64,000 nt of DNA, taken from positions 13,950,001-14,014,000 of the forward strand of contig NC_043007.1 of assembly GCF_006345805.1 (NCBI RefSeq). The letters are read 5' to 3'. The notes beneath the pieces were generated by a model. It was given only the letters and a program-made list of their open reading frames with translations, was not told the origin of the DNA and did no database searches. A program made the position numbers and the translations under genes. Below, one piece after another: positions 37,183 through 50,001 of this stretch; positions within the stretch are counted from its first letter, which is position 1, and every line of letters begins with the position of its first letter. The stretch is from Octopus sinensis (taxonomy: Eukaryota).

Positions 37183-39131
37183 AACCGTCAAAGTTTGTGT
37201 GTGGTACGTGCAAGACGACAGTGAATTCTGCTTGGTCACTTGTACAACATGTGCAAAGCATTCATGGCATGAAGATTTATTTACCAGCATCAGAGCTTTC
37301 TGTACAACTTTCCAATCTATCAACTCCATCTCCTAAGGCACCATCAGACCATGTGATGACTCCTCCGACTCCAAACACTGCTGATGCATTGCCACACCCT
37401 CCTCATCCCTTCATGTTCCGCATGCCATTTGATCGTCAACACCAACTGCCACCAGGTCCAGCGCTCAGTCCGTTTAACCGTCCTCCAACGGGTCCGGATT
37501 TTCGCTTGGACCTGTTAAATGATCCGTTTCATTCAAGGTCTGTCCAGGGCCTTTCTAATATTTCATCAGCATTTGATGTACCGCCGCCATTTCCGGCCCC
37601 CTTCAGTGACCGACCGCGGATCATGGAAACAATAGACTTTTACTCACAGCGTCTTCGACAATTGGCATCAACACAGACACCCCCTTTACGAAAACCTACA
37701 CCCCCATTTTCACAGACTCCTTCAACATTTACATCGATAACACCAACACCATCGCATTCTCAAGATTCTTTACCAAAGAATTTAAGCCCTGCAAGTAAAT
37801 TAAAATCTTGTGAGTTTTGTGGGAAATGTTTCCGATTTCAAAGTAATCTAATCGTACATCGAAGATCTCACACAGGAGAGAAGCCATTTAAATGTCCCAT
37901 ATGTCCACATGCATGCACACAAGCTAGTAAACTAAAACGGCATATGAAAACTCACTTAAACAAGTCACCCCTCAGTAGTATGTCTCAGACTTCAAACATA
38001 TCTAATGCCTCCGAAGGCAGTGTGCCATCCAGTAGCAGCACACCCGACTCAAACAAACATATGATAAAACATAACGATTCTAATATTGACTTAGACAACG
38101 AAGAGGAAAACGAAGAGGAGGAAGAGGAAGAGCTTGAAGAGGAGTTAGAGGAGGATGACGATCTTGAAGGGATGGAGACCGTTCACAATGGGTCTCCCGA
38201 TCCTTTGGATTGTCATGTAAGTAAAAATAGAGACGACCACTCTTCTCAGGAGCGCAGGACTCCGAACGAGAGGTCGAAGGATTTGAGCCACATGCCCGGC
38301 GCTGGAGAGAAGTCTTTGCTGAGTGAGGTGATGGAAAACACAGGTCTCAATAACATTCAGCAATATAACGAGGCGTTCCAGCAGGCGTTGGCTGAGAACA
38401 TCCACAACAAGGATAGCACAAAGGTTGAAGAAGATGGTTCGGAGGGCACCGAGAACGGTGATAGAGACATAAAGTCTGAAGACACAGATGTGTCGTACAC
38501 TAGTCAGGAAAAACCTGAACCTCTAGATTGCAGTGAATCGCCCTACACAAAACGAATTAAGACTGAACCACTGGAAATAGTAAATAGTATGGAATCTATA
38601 TATTCTAATATGTGGTTACCTAGTAGTCACCACCAAGAGTATTTTTTATCTGGTCTATCTGCAAGGCTTAGCGACCCTAATCACAACAGTTTCAATTCTC
38701 CATCAGAAAGTGCCTTGAAGCCAAATCTGACTTCGCACCCTAAAGCCGGCCCTAGTTCTAATAGTACCCCCAGTAATGGTGGGCCAATATCAAATCGGAA
38801 AGACCGGCGGAATGATACCTGTGAATTTTGTGGGAAAGTTTTCAAGAACTGCAGCAATTTAACGGTGCACCGAAGAAGTCATACTGGTGAGAAGCCATAT
38901 AAGTGTGAGTTGTGCAGCTATGCGTGCGCACAGTCGAGTAAGCTGACTAGACACATGAAGACGCACGGCCGTATCGGGAAGGACGTGTACAGGTGTAAGT
39001 TCTGTAGCATGCCCTTCTCCGTGCCGAGTACTTTGGAGAAACATATGCGCAAGTGTGTCGAGAACCGGCAAGTACGAGCAGTTCAGGAGACTGACACAGA
39101 TACAAACAGCACTACGACATCTACATTATAG
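37183..39131 (+). CDS. BCL11: BCL11A/B (CTIP1/2)-like C2H2 zinc-finger transcription factor, large terminal coding exon (~649 aa, 6 fingers)
   Basis: Polypyrimidine tract plus AG at 37181-37182, then a phase-1 entry into (E)PSKFVCGTCKTTVNSAWSLVQHVQSIHGMKIY (cf. human BCL11A [33 protein letters not shown]). Other family blocks: DFYSQRLRQLA; finger pair SCEFCGKCFRFQSNLIVHRRSHTGEKPFKCPICPHACTQASKLKRHMKTH (37809-37955); acidic tract; EVMENTGLNNIQQYNEAFQQAL; C-terminal triplet TCEFCGKVFKNCSNLTVHRRSHTGEKPYKCELCSYACAQSSKLTRHMKTH...YRCKFCSMPFSVPSTLEKHMRKC (38820-39057); stop TAG at 39129-39131. The ORF-track GTG start at 37197 is internal to the exon. Confidence 0.97.
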
Positions 39132-39559
39132 TTTTTTTTTCTTCTGTTTTTTTTTTTTTCTCTTTTTTTTTTTTCTCCAAAATGACTACTTGATGTTCAA
39201 ACATTTATTATTATAAAAATATGAACAAAATTATAAAGTCTAATATGAGAAATACAAACAAGGAGCGAAAAAAAAAGAAAAAAATTGCAAAAACATAAAT
39301 AATACGAAATACTAATCAAATTCTACATTGTTATTAATTTTCTACTTTTTATATCTCTGAGACTAGTTTTGAGCTGAGAAGAAATAAAGGGAAGGAATTT
39401 GGAAAGTTTTTCTGTCGCAAAACTCATTACCAAATAATCTTTGGAAAAAAGAAAAAAAATCATAGTTTGTATTTAAAAAATGTTTTCAAAAACATAAAAA
39501 ATTTATTTTCGATTTTGAAAGAAGTTTCCCCCCTTAACCCCCTACCCCAACACACACAT

Positions 39560-39944
39560 ACAAACACACTTTCTCTCTCTCTCTCTCTCTCTCTCTTTAT
39601 TTTACATTGTTTCTCTTATTTGCACACGTATATACATATGTGTGGTGTGTATAAATATATATATATATATATGTGTGTATTTATATATATATACACACAC
39701 ACTCACACACACACACGCACACACGGATGTTAATCATTTGTATGCATATATGTTAAACAATGTATACATACATGTGTGTGTATGTGTGTATCTTGTTGTA
39801 TGTATATATGTATGTATATAAACACACACAATATTAGTTGGGTGTATGTAATTGTTAAATGGTTATACACAAGTATACATACATATGTGTCTGCATGTAT
39901 GTATATATATATATATTTTTATACATATACACAAACACATACAT

Positions 39945-40010
<66 letters not shown>

Positions 40011-40203
40011 ACACACATATATACACAATGTCAGTTGTGTTTAGGTAGTGTTAACTAACAATTAAAATTTAATTAAGACAAAAATAATCAACCTTTCTCT
40101 CTCTCTCTCTCAATAAAACATTATCATGTATGTATATTTGTAAACATATCTATACATCTTTATATAGATATGTGTATATGTATGTATATATATATATATA
40201 TAT

Positions 40204-40234
<31 letters not shown>

Positions 40235-41598
40235 GTATGCATACAAGTATACTTATGTGAGTGGCTATTGCTTTTGGTATCTCAAATAAATACTAACTTT
40301 TGTTCTGCATATTCTTCGTAAAACCTCAAAATTCTCGCTGGTACTCTCAGATACTCCTAGCTAAAGCTCTTTCATAAACAAACTCATTATATAGGTAAAT
40401 AATTATAATAACAAATATGAATAGTTAATTGGCACTTTGAATGTAAAATGTAATTAATTTCTTTTGATAACTTCTACATGTATTTGTACGTATGTATATG
40501 TGTGTATGCATACATGAATGTGTGTGTGTGTGCATGTAGCATTATATGCATGTGTGTAATTATATATTTATATACATATATGTATGTATGTGTGTATGTA
40601 TTATATATATATGCGTGTATGGAATATATGTGAATATTTGTATATATCTGATATTTACATATATATTTATATATATTTATGTATGTATTTATATATATAT
40701 TTCTATGTATGTATATTTTTATATTTATATACAAATATTCATACACACATAGACACATATATAATATATAAAAATATATATATACACACATTCACATATT
40801 TTGCACACACACACACGTGTGTGTATGTGTGTGTTTGGGTATATATATACATATATATTTATATATAATCATATCATGCAGACAAGAGGTTTATCTAAAT
40901 ATGCAAGCATGTCTTCTACAATATCCAGTTGATATATACACCAACACATCACACCTTTTATAACTTCACAATTATATACACTCTGTTGCAAAATTACCGA
41001 TTAATTTAAAGTTTTATTTTGTTAATATTTCTGAGGGTGGGGCACCTCCCCTCCACTTAAGGAATCTTCTATATTTTAAGTACTGCTGATTATGTTGCTG
41101 TTAACAGCTCTTAGCATTCATTATATACCCATCTTCACACACACACACACACACATATATATTATATATATATATACACACGCGCACACACACTCACTCA
41201 CTATATATGCATACGGCTACACTCACACTCAGACATGCTCAAAAGCATACATGCTCACACTCACATGCGCATACATGCATGCATGTGTATCTATATGCGC
41301 TGTGTTTGTGTATTATGTACTTAGGTGCATGAATTTAGGTGTGTATGTGTACACACGCGCACACACACACGTACGTGTGTATATATACATATATATATGT
41401 ATACATACATACATGCACATATGTATATGTATACTTACATACATGCACATATGTATGTATTTATATATATATATATGTGCATACATATATATATGTGTAT
41501 ATATATATATATATGTGCATATATATATATATATGTGCATATATATATATATATATATGTGTGTGCATACATATATATATATATGTGCGTACACATAT

Positions 41599-41629
<31 letters not shown>

Positions 41630-41700
41630 GTGCGTACATATATATATAAATATATATGTGCGTATATATATATATATATATATTTATATGTGTGTGTGTG
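39560..41700. repeat. Compound TA/CA/TATG microsatellite block downstream of the BCL11 stop (similar blocks at 1760-3890, 22450-22800, 44880-45240, 56440-56610)
   Basis: Long (TA)n, (CA)n and (TACA)n runs; these are the source of the many Y/I/C/V-rich spurious ORFs. Confidence 0.95.
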
Positions 41701-41970
41701 TGTGTGCATATGTATGTATAATTGTGTGTCTCCTAAAAAGCTCCTTCTTTTAAAATATTCATCATTGGCTGTTCCTAGTTCTGATTACACTCCCCCCTTT
41801 ATCATTGGGGCTGTTTCTTGGAAATTTTCCTGGCAACTTCTCTGGTAGACTGCCATCCAGTAGTAAATTCCTGTGCGAGCGATGTCAACGGATACTGGTT
41901 GGCCATTTCTACTTCAAGGTTGTTCTAAGCATTGTACTTTACAGGGTTATCAAACTCAAAAAAAAAAAAA

Positions 41971-42350
41971 AAGTAAACTTTAAAAAACAAGAAAAGAAGA
42001 ATAAAAAAACCAACACCAACAATAAAAAAAAAATAAACCAACAACAAAAAAAAACGAATGGAAAGAACACGGTTTTTTTTGTTGAAATTTTTTTTTTTAA
42101 TTTATTTTGATATTTTTCTAAAGCATGTGTTGTCTCTCTGACTGAAGAATACCAGTAAAGTCAGCATCATCCCATCCTAAGAAATCTGAGGTAGATTAAC
42201 TATATATATGTAATACATATATACATATATATATATATACATATATACATATATACTTACATATATATATACTTATTATATATACATATACATATACATA
42301 TATATATATATATATTATATATATATACATATATATGCATATATATATAC

Positions 42351-42386
<36 letters not shown>

Positions 42387-42555
42387 CATATAGCTATACA
42401 CACACATGTGTATGTATACATATATATTTATATATAACATATATACACACACATATACACACACTGGAATCATTCATTGTATTTGCACATCCTTGTTTTA
42501 CATTTTTGTTTTTTTTTCTATTTTTCTGGCGTCTATAACATTATTATTATTATCA

Positions 42556-42589
<34 letters not shown>

Positions 42590-43112
42590 CAATGCCATGA
42601 CTCTAAGAGTAAAAGAAATGGAAAAAAAAACAATAAAAATCAAAACAACAAATTTTTAGGTGAGAAGAAAAAAAAGAAACGGAAAAAAAAAAAAAATAGA
42701 CTCCCCCTCCCTCCTTCTCTTGCTCCTCCTCCTCCTCCTCCTCTCCCTACAAATGTGAATTGATAAAAAAAAAAAAAAGAAGTAAACTTTAAAAAACAAG
42801 AAAAGAAGAATAAAAAACCAACACCAACAATAAAAAAAAAATAAACCAACAACAAAAAAAAACGAATGGAAAGAACACGGTTTTTTTGTTGAAATTTTTT
42901 TTTTTAATTTATTTTGATATTTTTCTAAAGCATGTGTTGTCTCTCTGACTGAAGAATACCAGTAAAGTCAGCATCATCCCATCCTAAGAAATCTGAGGTA
43001 GATTAACTATATATATGTATATACATATATACATATATATATATATATACATATATACATATATACTTACATATATATATACTTATATATATATATACAT
43101 ATACATATATAC

Positions 43113-43145
<33 letters not shown>

Positions 43146-43156
43146 CATATATATGC

Positions 43157-43203
<47 letters not shown>

Positions 43204-43374
43204 CATATAGCTATACACACACATGTGTATGTATACATATATATTTATATATATACATATATACACACACATATACACACACTGGAATCATTCATTGTAT
43301 TTGCACATCCTTGTTTTACATTTTTGTTTTTTTTTTCTATTTTTCTGGCGTCTATAACATTATTATTATTATCA

Positions 43375-43411
<37 letters not shown>

Positions 43412-43596
43412 CAATGCCATGACTCTAAGAGTAAAAGAAATGGAAAAAAAAACAATAAAAATCAAAACAACAAATTTTTAGGTGAGAAGAAAAAAAAGAA
43501 ACGGAAAAAAAAAAAAATAGACTCCCCCTCCCTCCTTCTCTTGCTCCTCCTCCTCCTCCTCCTCTCCCTACAAATGTGAATTGATAAAAAAAAAAA
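41971..43596. repeat. Tandem duplication, ~810-bp unit, 2 copies
   Basis: AAGTAAACTTTAAAAAACAAG...CTACAAATGTGAATTGATAAAAAAAA occurs at 41971-42779 and 42780-43596; differences lie mainly in TA and homopolymer tracts. Confidence 0.95.
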
Positions 43597-45818
43597 TAAG
43601 AATAATAATAATAATAAACAAAGCAAAACAGAACAGAAAGAGAGAAAACTCTGGAAAAACTCCCAAAACCCTTGTGAGAGCATATGTTGCTGCTGTTTTA
43701 AGGGACATTTGACTATTTTTGATGGTGTTCCAGTTTTTTTTTTTTGTTTTTTTTTTCCTCGATGTCTTCTCCGTTTTTTTTTTTACTTGAATGTTTTTTT
43801 TTTTTATTATTATAAATTCACTGAATATTCCTGTCTTCCTCTCCACCGCCACCACCATCACCACAACCGCCACAACCATCTCACACGATTATATCTAATA
43901 TATATATATCTATCTTCGTTTTCGTGTCCAGCAAACCAGTCCCCCCCCCCCCCGTCATCAAACCAACAAAAAAAAACAAAAATTTCACTTCAAAGGGATG
44001 TCTGTCTGTGTGTTTTGCCCTTCCTCGTTTTTTTTTTTTGTTCTTTCCCCCCTATTGTTTTCCATCTCCCCTCCTCCCTCCCATACCCGTTTTTGTGTGG
44101 GCGGGGGTGAGATGGGGGTGCAGTGTAAAAATAAAGAAGCTAGTCACAAAAAGAATTGGATTGAATTAATCCAAGATCCTGGTTTCTTTTTCTTAAACCT
44201 GTTTAAAGCTCTAAGTCACTAAGTCACTTCAATTCCAAAAAAAAAAAAACCCAAAAATTAAGCCCTTGCAAAAAAAAAAAAAGGCATGAATATCGTAACT
44301 TCACATCTGCTGGGGCCATGAAACGGCACAGTCTTCAATTCTTCGACAAAAAAAAAAAGCTGATTGTGTAAAATTTAAAATTTATTTTATTATGGCCCTT
44401 TCATTGTCCCTTCTCCTTTGTCCTCATTCTTCAGTTTCTTGTTTTTGTTGGGTTTTTTTTCCACCCCTATCTCTTCCCTGAACCTTCATTCCAACAAACA
44501 CTCTTTCACCTCTGTTGATTTCTTCCTCAATTCTACAGTAACATTGATGTATCAAGAAAAAGAGAAAAAAAAGGAAAAAAAAAACAGAAATAGACATCTG
44601 AAGTTGTCTTTTTGGTGTCTCATTATAGATTTTTGCGTAAATTACTGTGTGAAAGGATATTGATTATGTGATGATGATTATGATGATGATGACAGTGTTG
44701 CATTCTAATAATAATAATAATGATAATAATGATGATGATGATGATCTTTAAATGCCACAAATATTTTGAAAAGAAAATAAGGCTAAATCATACACTAACA
44801 ATTTTATATTATTATCAAAATATTTTACTTCGGTCTCTTGGTAAGCTTTTAAAAGAATTTTATTTTTCACTGTTATTATGTGTATAATACATACATATAT
44901 GTAATACTGGTATGTGTGTGTGTAGGGATATGTATATGAATGTGTTTGTTTCTATGTATGTATATATGTGTGTATGTATATATATATATGTTTGTGTGTG
45001 TATATATGTGTGTATATATATGTATGTATATATATATATGCATATGTGTGTGTGTATATATATGTGCATATGTATGTATGTGTGTGTGTATATATATGTG
45101 CATATGTATGTATGTGTATATATATATATATATCCATGCATATGATTATTAAGTGATAGATATGATAGGAATATATACATATTAAGGTATACGTATTGTA
45201 TATACGTGTATATATATATATATACATATATGTGCAAGACAACCCGTCTCAAGACAGAAAGTAAGCCTTGGGTGTAACATATATTAATATACATCTTTTA
45301 ATATTGTAACTTAAAACAGTATTAAAGATTGGTAGTTTTATGTAATTTATTTGGGTAGCTATAATTACACACACACACACACACCTATATTTGTAAACGA
45401 TAAATCAAAATTGAAACATTTATGTCAGGATTCTGACAAACTGACTCTTGTCATTGAACCCTTGCTAATCTAAAGCTGTTCAATATTGTTCCTATGCACA
45501 TCCTCTGCCTATTATTTAGATGTAAACTATGTACGCTACTGTTTAAAAAGCAATAAGATCTATCGTCATCAATATCGGTGGCTTGCCATAATCTCTCTCT
45601 GAGCATCAGGCGAAATATAATGCCTTATGGCATACCTTCCGGCTCTTAGCGTTGCGTTCAAAGAACGACAGGCTTATTTTTGCCCTGGATCCTTCTGCAT
45701 GTCAATAAAATAAAGTTCAAGTACTGGAATTGTTAATATTGATGAAACCTGTTCCTTTCATAATTGCTGGCCTTGTGCCCAACTTAGGAACCATCATCAT
45801 TATTATTATTATTATTAA

Positions 45819-46118
45819 GGCGAAGGCAGCAAGCTGGCAGAAAGGTTAGCATGCCAGGCGAAATGCTTCGTGGTATTTCATCTGTCTTTACTTTCTGAGT
45901 TCGAATTCCACCGAGGTCAACCTTGCCTTTCATTCTTTCGGGGTCATACTAGTTGTGTACTGGGGTCGATCTAACCGACTGGCCCCCTCCCCAAAAATAT
46001 CGGGCCTTTCATCCTTTTGGGGTTGATAAATTAAGTACCAGTTGAGTACTGGGGTTGATGCAATTGACTTGCCCTTTCTCCCAAAATTTCAGGCCTCGTG
46101 CCTATATTAGAAAGGATT
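45819..46118 (+). mobile_element. Family A SINE with internally duplicated core
   Basis: Head after (TTA)n; the core CTTTCAT(T/C)CTTT(C/T)GGGG occurs twice; tail AGGCCTCGTGCCTATATTAGAAAGGATT. Confidence 0.85.
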
Positions 46119-46564
46119 CTTATTGTCACCTAGATGGATAAATCTATTTGAAATGGCTATATAAAACTAGCTATGAAAGGTAACAAAAATATATATCAGT
46201 TTATCTGTGTGTGTGGGGTTCAAAAAATAATAATAAAACAGGTAATTTGTTTCTTGAAATTTCTCCTTATGTTCATTGCTGTCTTTTGTGTGGGATTGGA
46301 GGTTGATACTTGTGGCTGAGGAGTCAAGGTTTTAATTCTGACTTGATCTGTTGATTTAGTTTATTAGTTTTTGTCTAATAAAAATTATCAAGTTATTTCC
46401 AGATCCCCAACTACAAGAACTGTTTGGAATAAATATTATAAGAAAAAAAAACGTAAACTTCTTAGTTAAAAAAAATAATCAAAAACATTCAGGAGACTTG
46501 TTACTCGGTTAAAAGCCTGTTTTATATATGTTTCACATTTCACTAAATACACACACATACATAC

Positions 46565-46632
<68 letters not shown>

Positions 46633-46645
46633 TTAGGGGTGTATG

Positions 46646-46691
<46 letters not shown>

Positions 46692-47345
46692 ATGAATCTG
46701 TGTGTACATAAATATTTTACTCTAATAATAAACAAAAGAATGAAACTTTGCAATCAAATTCTATATTGTGTTTGAAGTAAAGTGTGTTTGTATGAGGTTT
46801 GTAAATGAATTTTGTATGGTGTGTGTATGTATGTGTGTGTGTGTGTGTGTGCATGTAAATATATAAATAGCGTGTGTTCGTATGAAAACAAAACAATATT
46901 TTCTTTGTTTTGTGGTATTTAATTTTTGAAATTTTTTTTTTTTTTTTCCTTTAAAATCTTTTGTTTTATGTTCTCTCCATTCCTCCTCCTTCTCCTCCTC
47001 CTCCTGACCACCATCACCATTTCTTTCCAATATGTGTTCAGACACTGGAGCTTCCTATAATGATAATGATAATAATAATTGTTCTCACCCCCCCCCCACC
47101 CACTCCCCTATCGCCACCGCCACCACCATCTCTCATATATGCTAGACAGTGAGGCTTCATAATATTGTTTTGAAAAATTTAACCCCCACCCCCCACCAAA
47201 AAAAATAATAATAATTAAAAGGTGTATTTAACAAAAATGTATGTTTAAAAACGTTTTCCATTTTAAATATATATATATATATACTTATATATATATATTT
47301 ATATATACACACATATATATATAAGCAACACTTAGACAGCAATTA

Positions 47346-47379
<34 letters not shown>

Positions 47380-47548
47380 TAATTTGTACACATGTCAGGA
47401 TTTTACTGTATAATAATTTTAAATTTTTATTTGAATTTTTTTTTTAATTGGATGGAAAAAATGACAAAATTAAAAAAATATAATCATATACATACATATA
47501 TATATTTGTGTATGTATATATGTGTATGTGTAGATGTGTGTGTGTGTG

Positions 47549-47579
<31 letters not shown>

Positions 47580-48019
47580 ATACACACACACATATACACA
47601 AGTTATATCAATGCTGTTCACTGCCATTGGTGATTCTTAGAGTGTGTCTGGAATTCTTTGACATATCTCGTGTTGCCTATGAGAAAATATTGAAGCACAG
47701 TTTTATAGGCCTGTGGTAATTAAGTATTACTAATGAATGGTATTGCTTAATTAAAAATGACTGATGATGATGGTAATAATAATAATAATAATAATGATAA
47801 TAACAATAAATTTAAAATATTTCTAATATGCACACCTGAAATTCTTTACGGTCGTGAATTATAACATAGGAGAGACAGATAGATTTTGGTGCTTCCTCTG
47901 GAAATTTATTGGGAAATTTTATTGCTGATAATGGTTGAATGATATATATAGTTTACTGTTTTTGTTATAAATTTTGTATGTTCGTGATATATATGTACGT
48001 ATGTGTGTGTGTATATGTA

Positions 48020-48057
<38 letters not shown>

Positions 48058-48205
48058 GAATTAGAGATAAGGTTAGGTTTTATCTCTAATTCATATTTTA
48101 TATATCTATACTGTGAAATTTGATTTAATACTAAATTGAATTTTTCCCTGTAAGTTTGGAGTTATACTCCCTAATATTATTATTATTATTATTACATATA
48201 TATAG

Positions 48206-48257
<52 letters not shown>

Positions 48258-49957
48258 CACGCATATGTATGTGTATACACAGGTGTATGATTGTAAATAC
48301 ACACGTATAAGTGTCTGCATGAATGTATGAGGTCATGTGAATATTTTTGGTCATCAATATGAAATATTTAAAATTTATGTGCCAATGCTCAACCATACGA
48401 TGTCAATGTGCATTTACTTATTTCTATTTTGGAGTATAACATTGTGCATGTGTTTGTGTGTGTGGGCGTGTGCAGTTTTGTAGTTAGGTGTTTTGTTGTC
48501 TATAAAAGTGCAATTTTCATATATATTTTTTTTTTTTTTTTTCAATTTTATTTTCCCCCCTCTCCCTTCTCCTTGCAAATATACGGCCCATTTCTTGTCA
48601 TCTAATATATAAATATATATATATATATATATACGTACTGTTATGTTAACATGTAAATTTTGTTGAAGACAGGTGTTTTTTTTTCAAAAAAAAAAATAAT
48701 AAAAGGAAAAATAACATTAAAAATAAAACTCTTGTTTAGTTAAAGGGGGAGGGTTACTAAGATCTAGGGTGTTTCCCCTACCCCACTACCACCCATTAAA
48801 TTCCTCGTTAATTACATCAGAACATATTTATAATGGCATTTCAAGGATTCATCTCAAAACTAGTATGCGTGTGTACGTTTGTGTGTGCGCGTGCGTTTGT
48901 GTGTATGTCTGCGTGTTTGTGCATCATATATATACCTCTACCTCTGACCTAGGAGTCACCTGATTAAAGTGTCACTCGGCCACTTGACTGGGTGTGTGTG
49001 TGTGGGGAGGGGGACCCTTCCCCTTGTACCCACCCCCACCCTGCCCTACCCTCCCAAACGGTTGTGAGTTTGTATTCTGACACCAGCCATCTCATTCATA
49101 TAAGTCCTGGCTGAGAAGAACCCATCTGTGTACATCATGCTGGGTTTGTTTTAGATGGGCCTGACTATGAAGGCCCCTTACATCTCAATGAGGAAGTGAC
49201 ACCCCCTCCTCCAATGCTAATATTTTTCTATTTTATTTTTTAGTTTATGTTCGATTATATTTGTCAGTAATTAGGTAGAGATGCAGGTGTAATAATAATG
49301 ATAATATCTATATTTATTGATAGATCTTCAATATAAACTGGCTCTATCACCCATATCGGAAATTCTTGTCGTGTTTTTCTTTTTATCATAGATTCATTTT
49401 ATGGGGTAAATAATAATTTGGCCATATATATATATATATATATATATGTGTATATATATATATATGATATCTATATATGATATCTATATATGATATCTAT
49501 ATATGTATATATATGATATCTATATATGATATCTATATATGTATATATATATAATGTATATGTACAAGCCTATGCAGGTGCTATGAATATGTAATGAACT
49601 CTGCTAGTGGTCATTCTTATTGTGATGGGGGTGGGTGGGGTTTGGTAATGAAAGAATAAAACGAGGTGGGTGTTTTCTAAGGCAGCTAGACTCACACAAA
49701 AAAAGACAAAAGAAAGAAAAGCAAATGATTGTGACATAGGGGGGTGGGGTGGGAAGATGGGGGCGAAGAAGAAAAAAAACATTAATTGGAACCGACCATC
49801 TTAGGTAATTAGATGGTGGTGGGCATCAACATTGGCAATGGAATGGAATGGAATGGAAATAATGGTTAGCAAGTACTGGCGCCGCAGAGCTACTTGTGCC
49901 ACAAGTACCTGACACATTTTTAACTGCAACTAATTACGCTGTTTAATACATACATAC

Positions 49958-50001
<44 letters not shown>

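Noticed and set aside
48508-48944. miR-92-type (GTGCAAT) and let-7-type (CTACCTC) seed matches downstream of BCL11
   Set aside because: 7-mers are expected by chance in 20 kb, and the region is not shown to be UTR.
49155-49219. Possible alternative last exon (TTTTAG|ATGGGCCTGAC..., DGPDYEGPLHLNEEVTPLLQC*)
   Set aside because: Only an acceptor-like site and a short open frame; no matching donor or homology identified.
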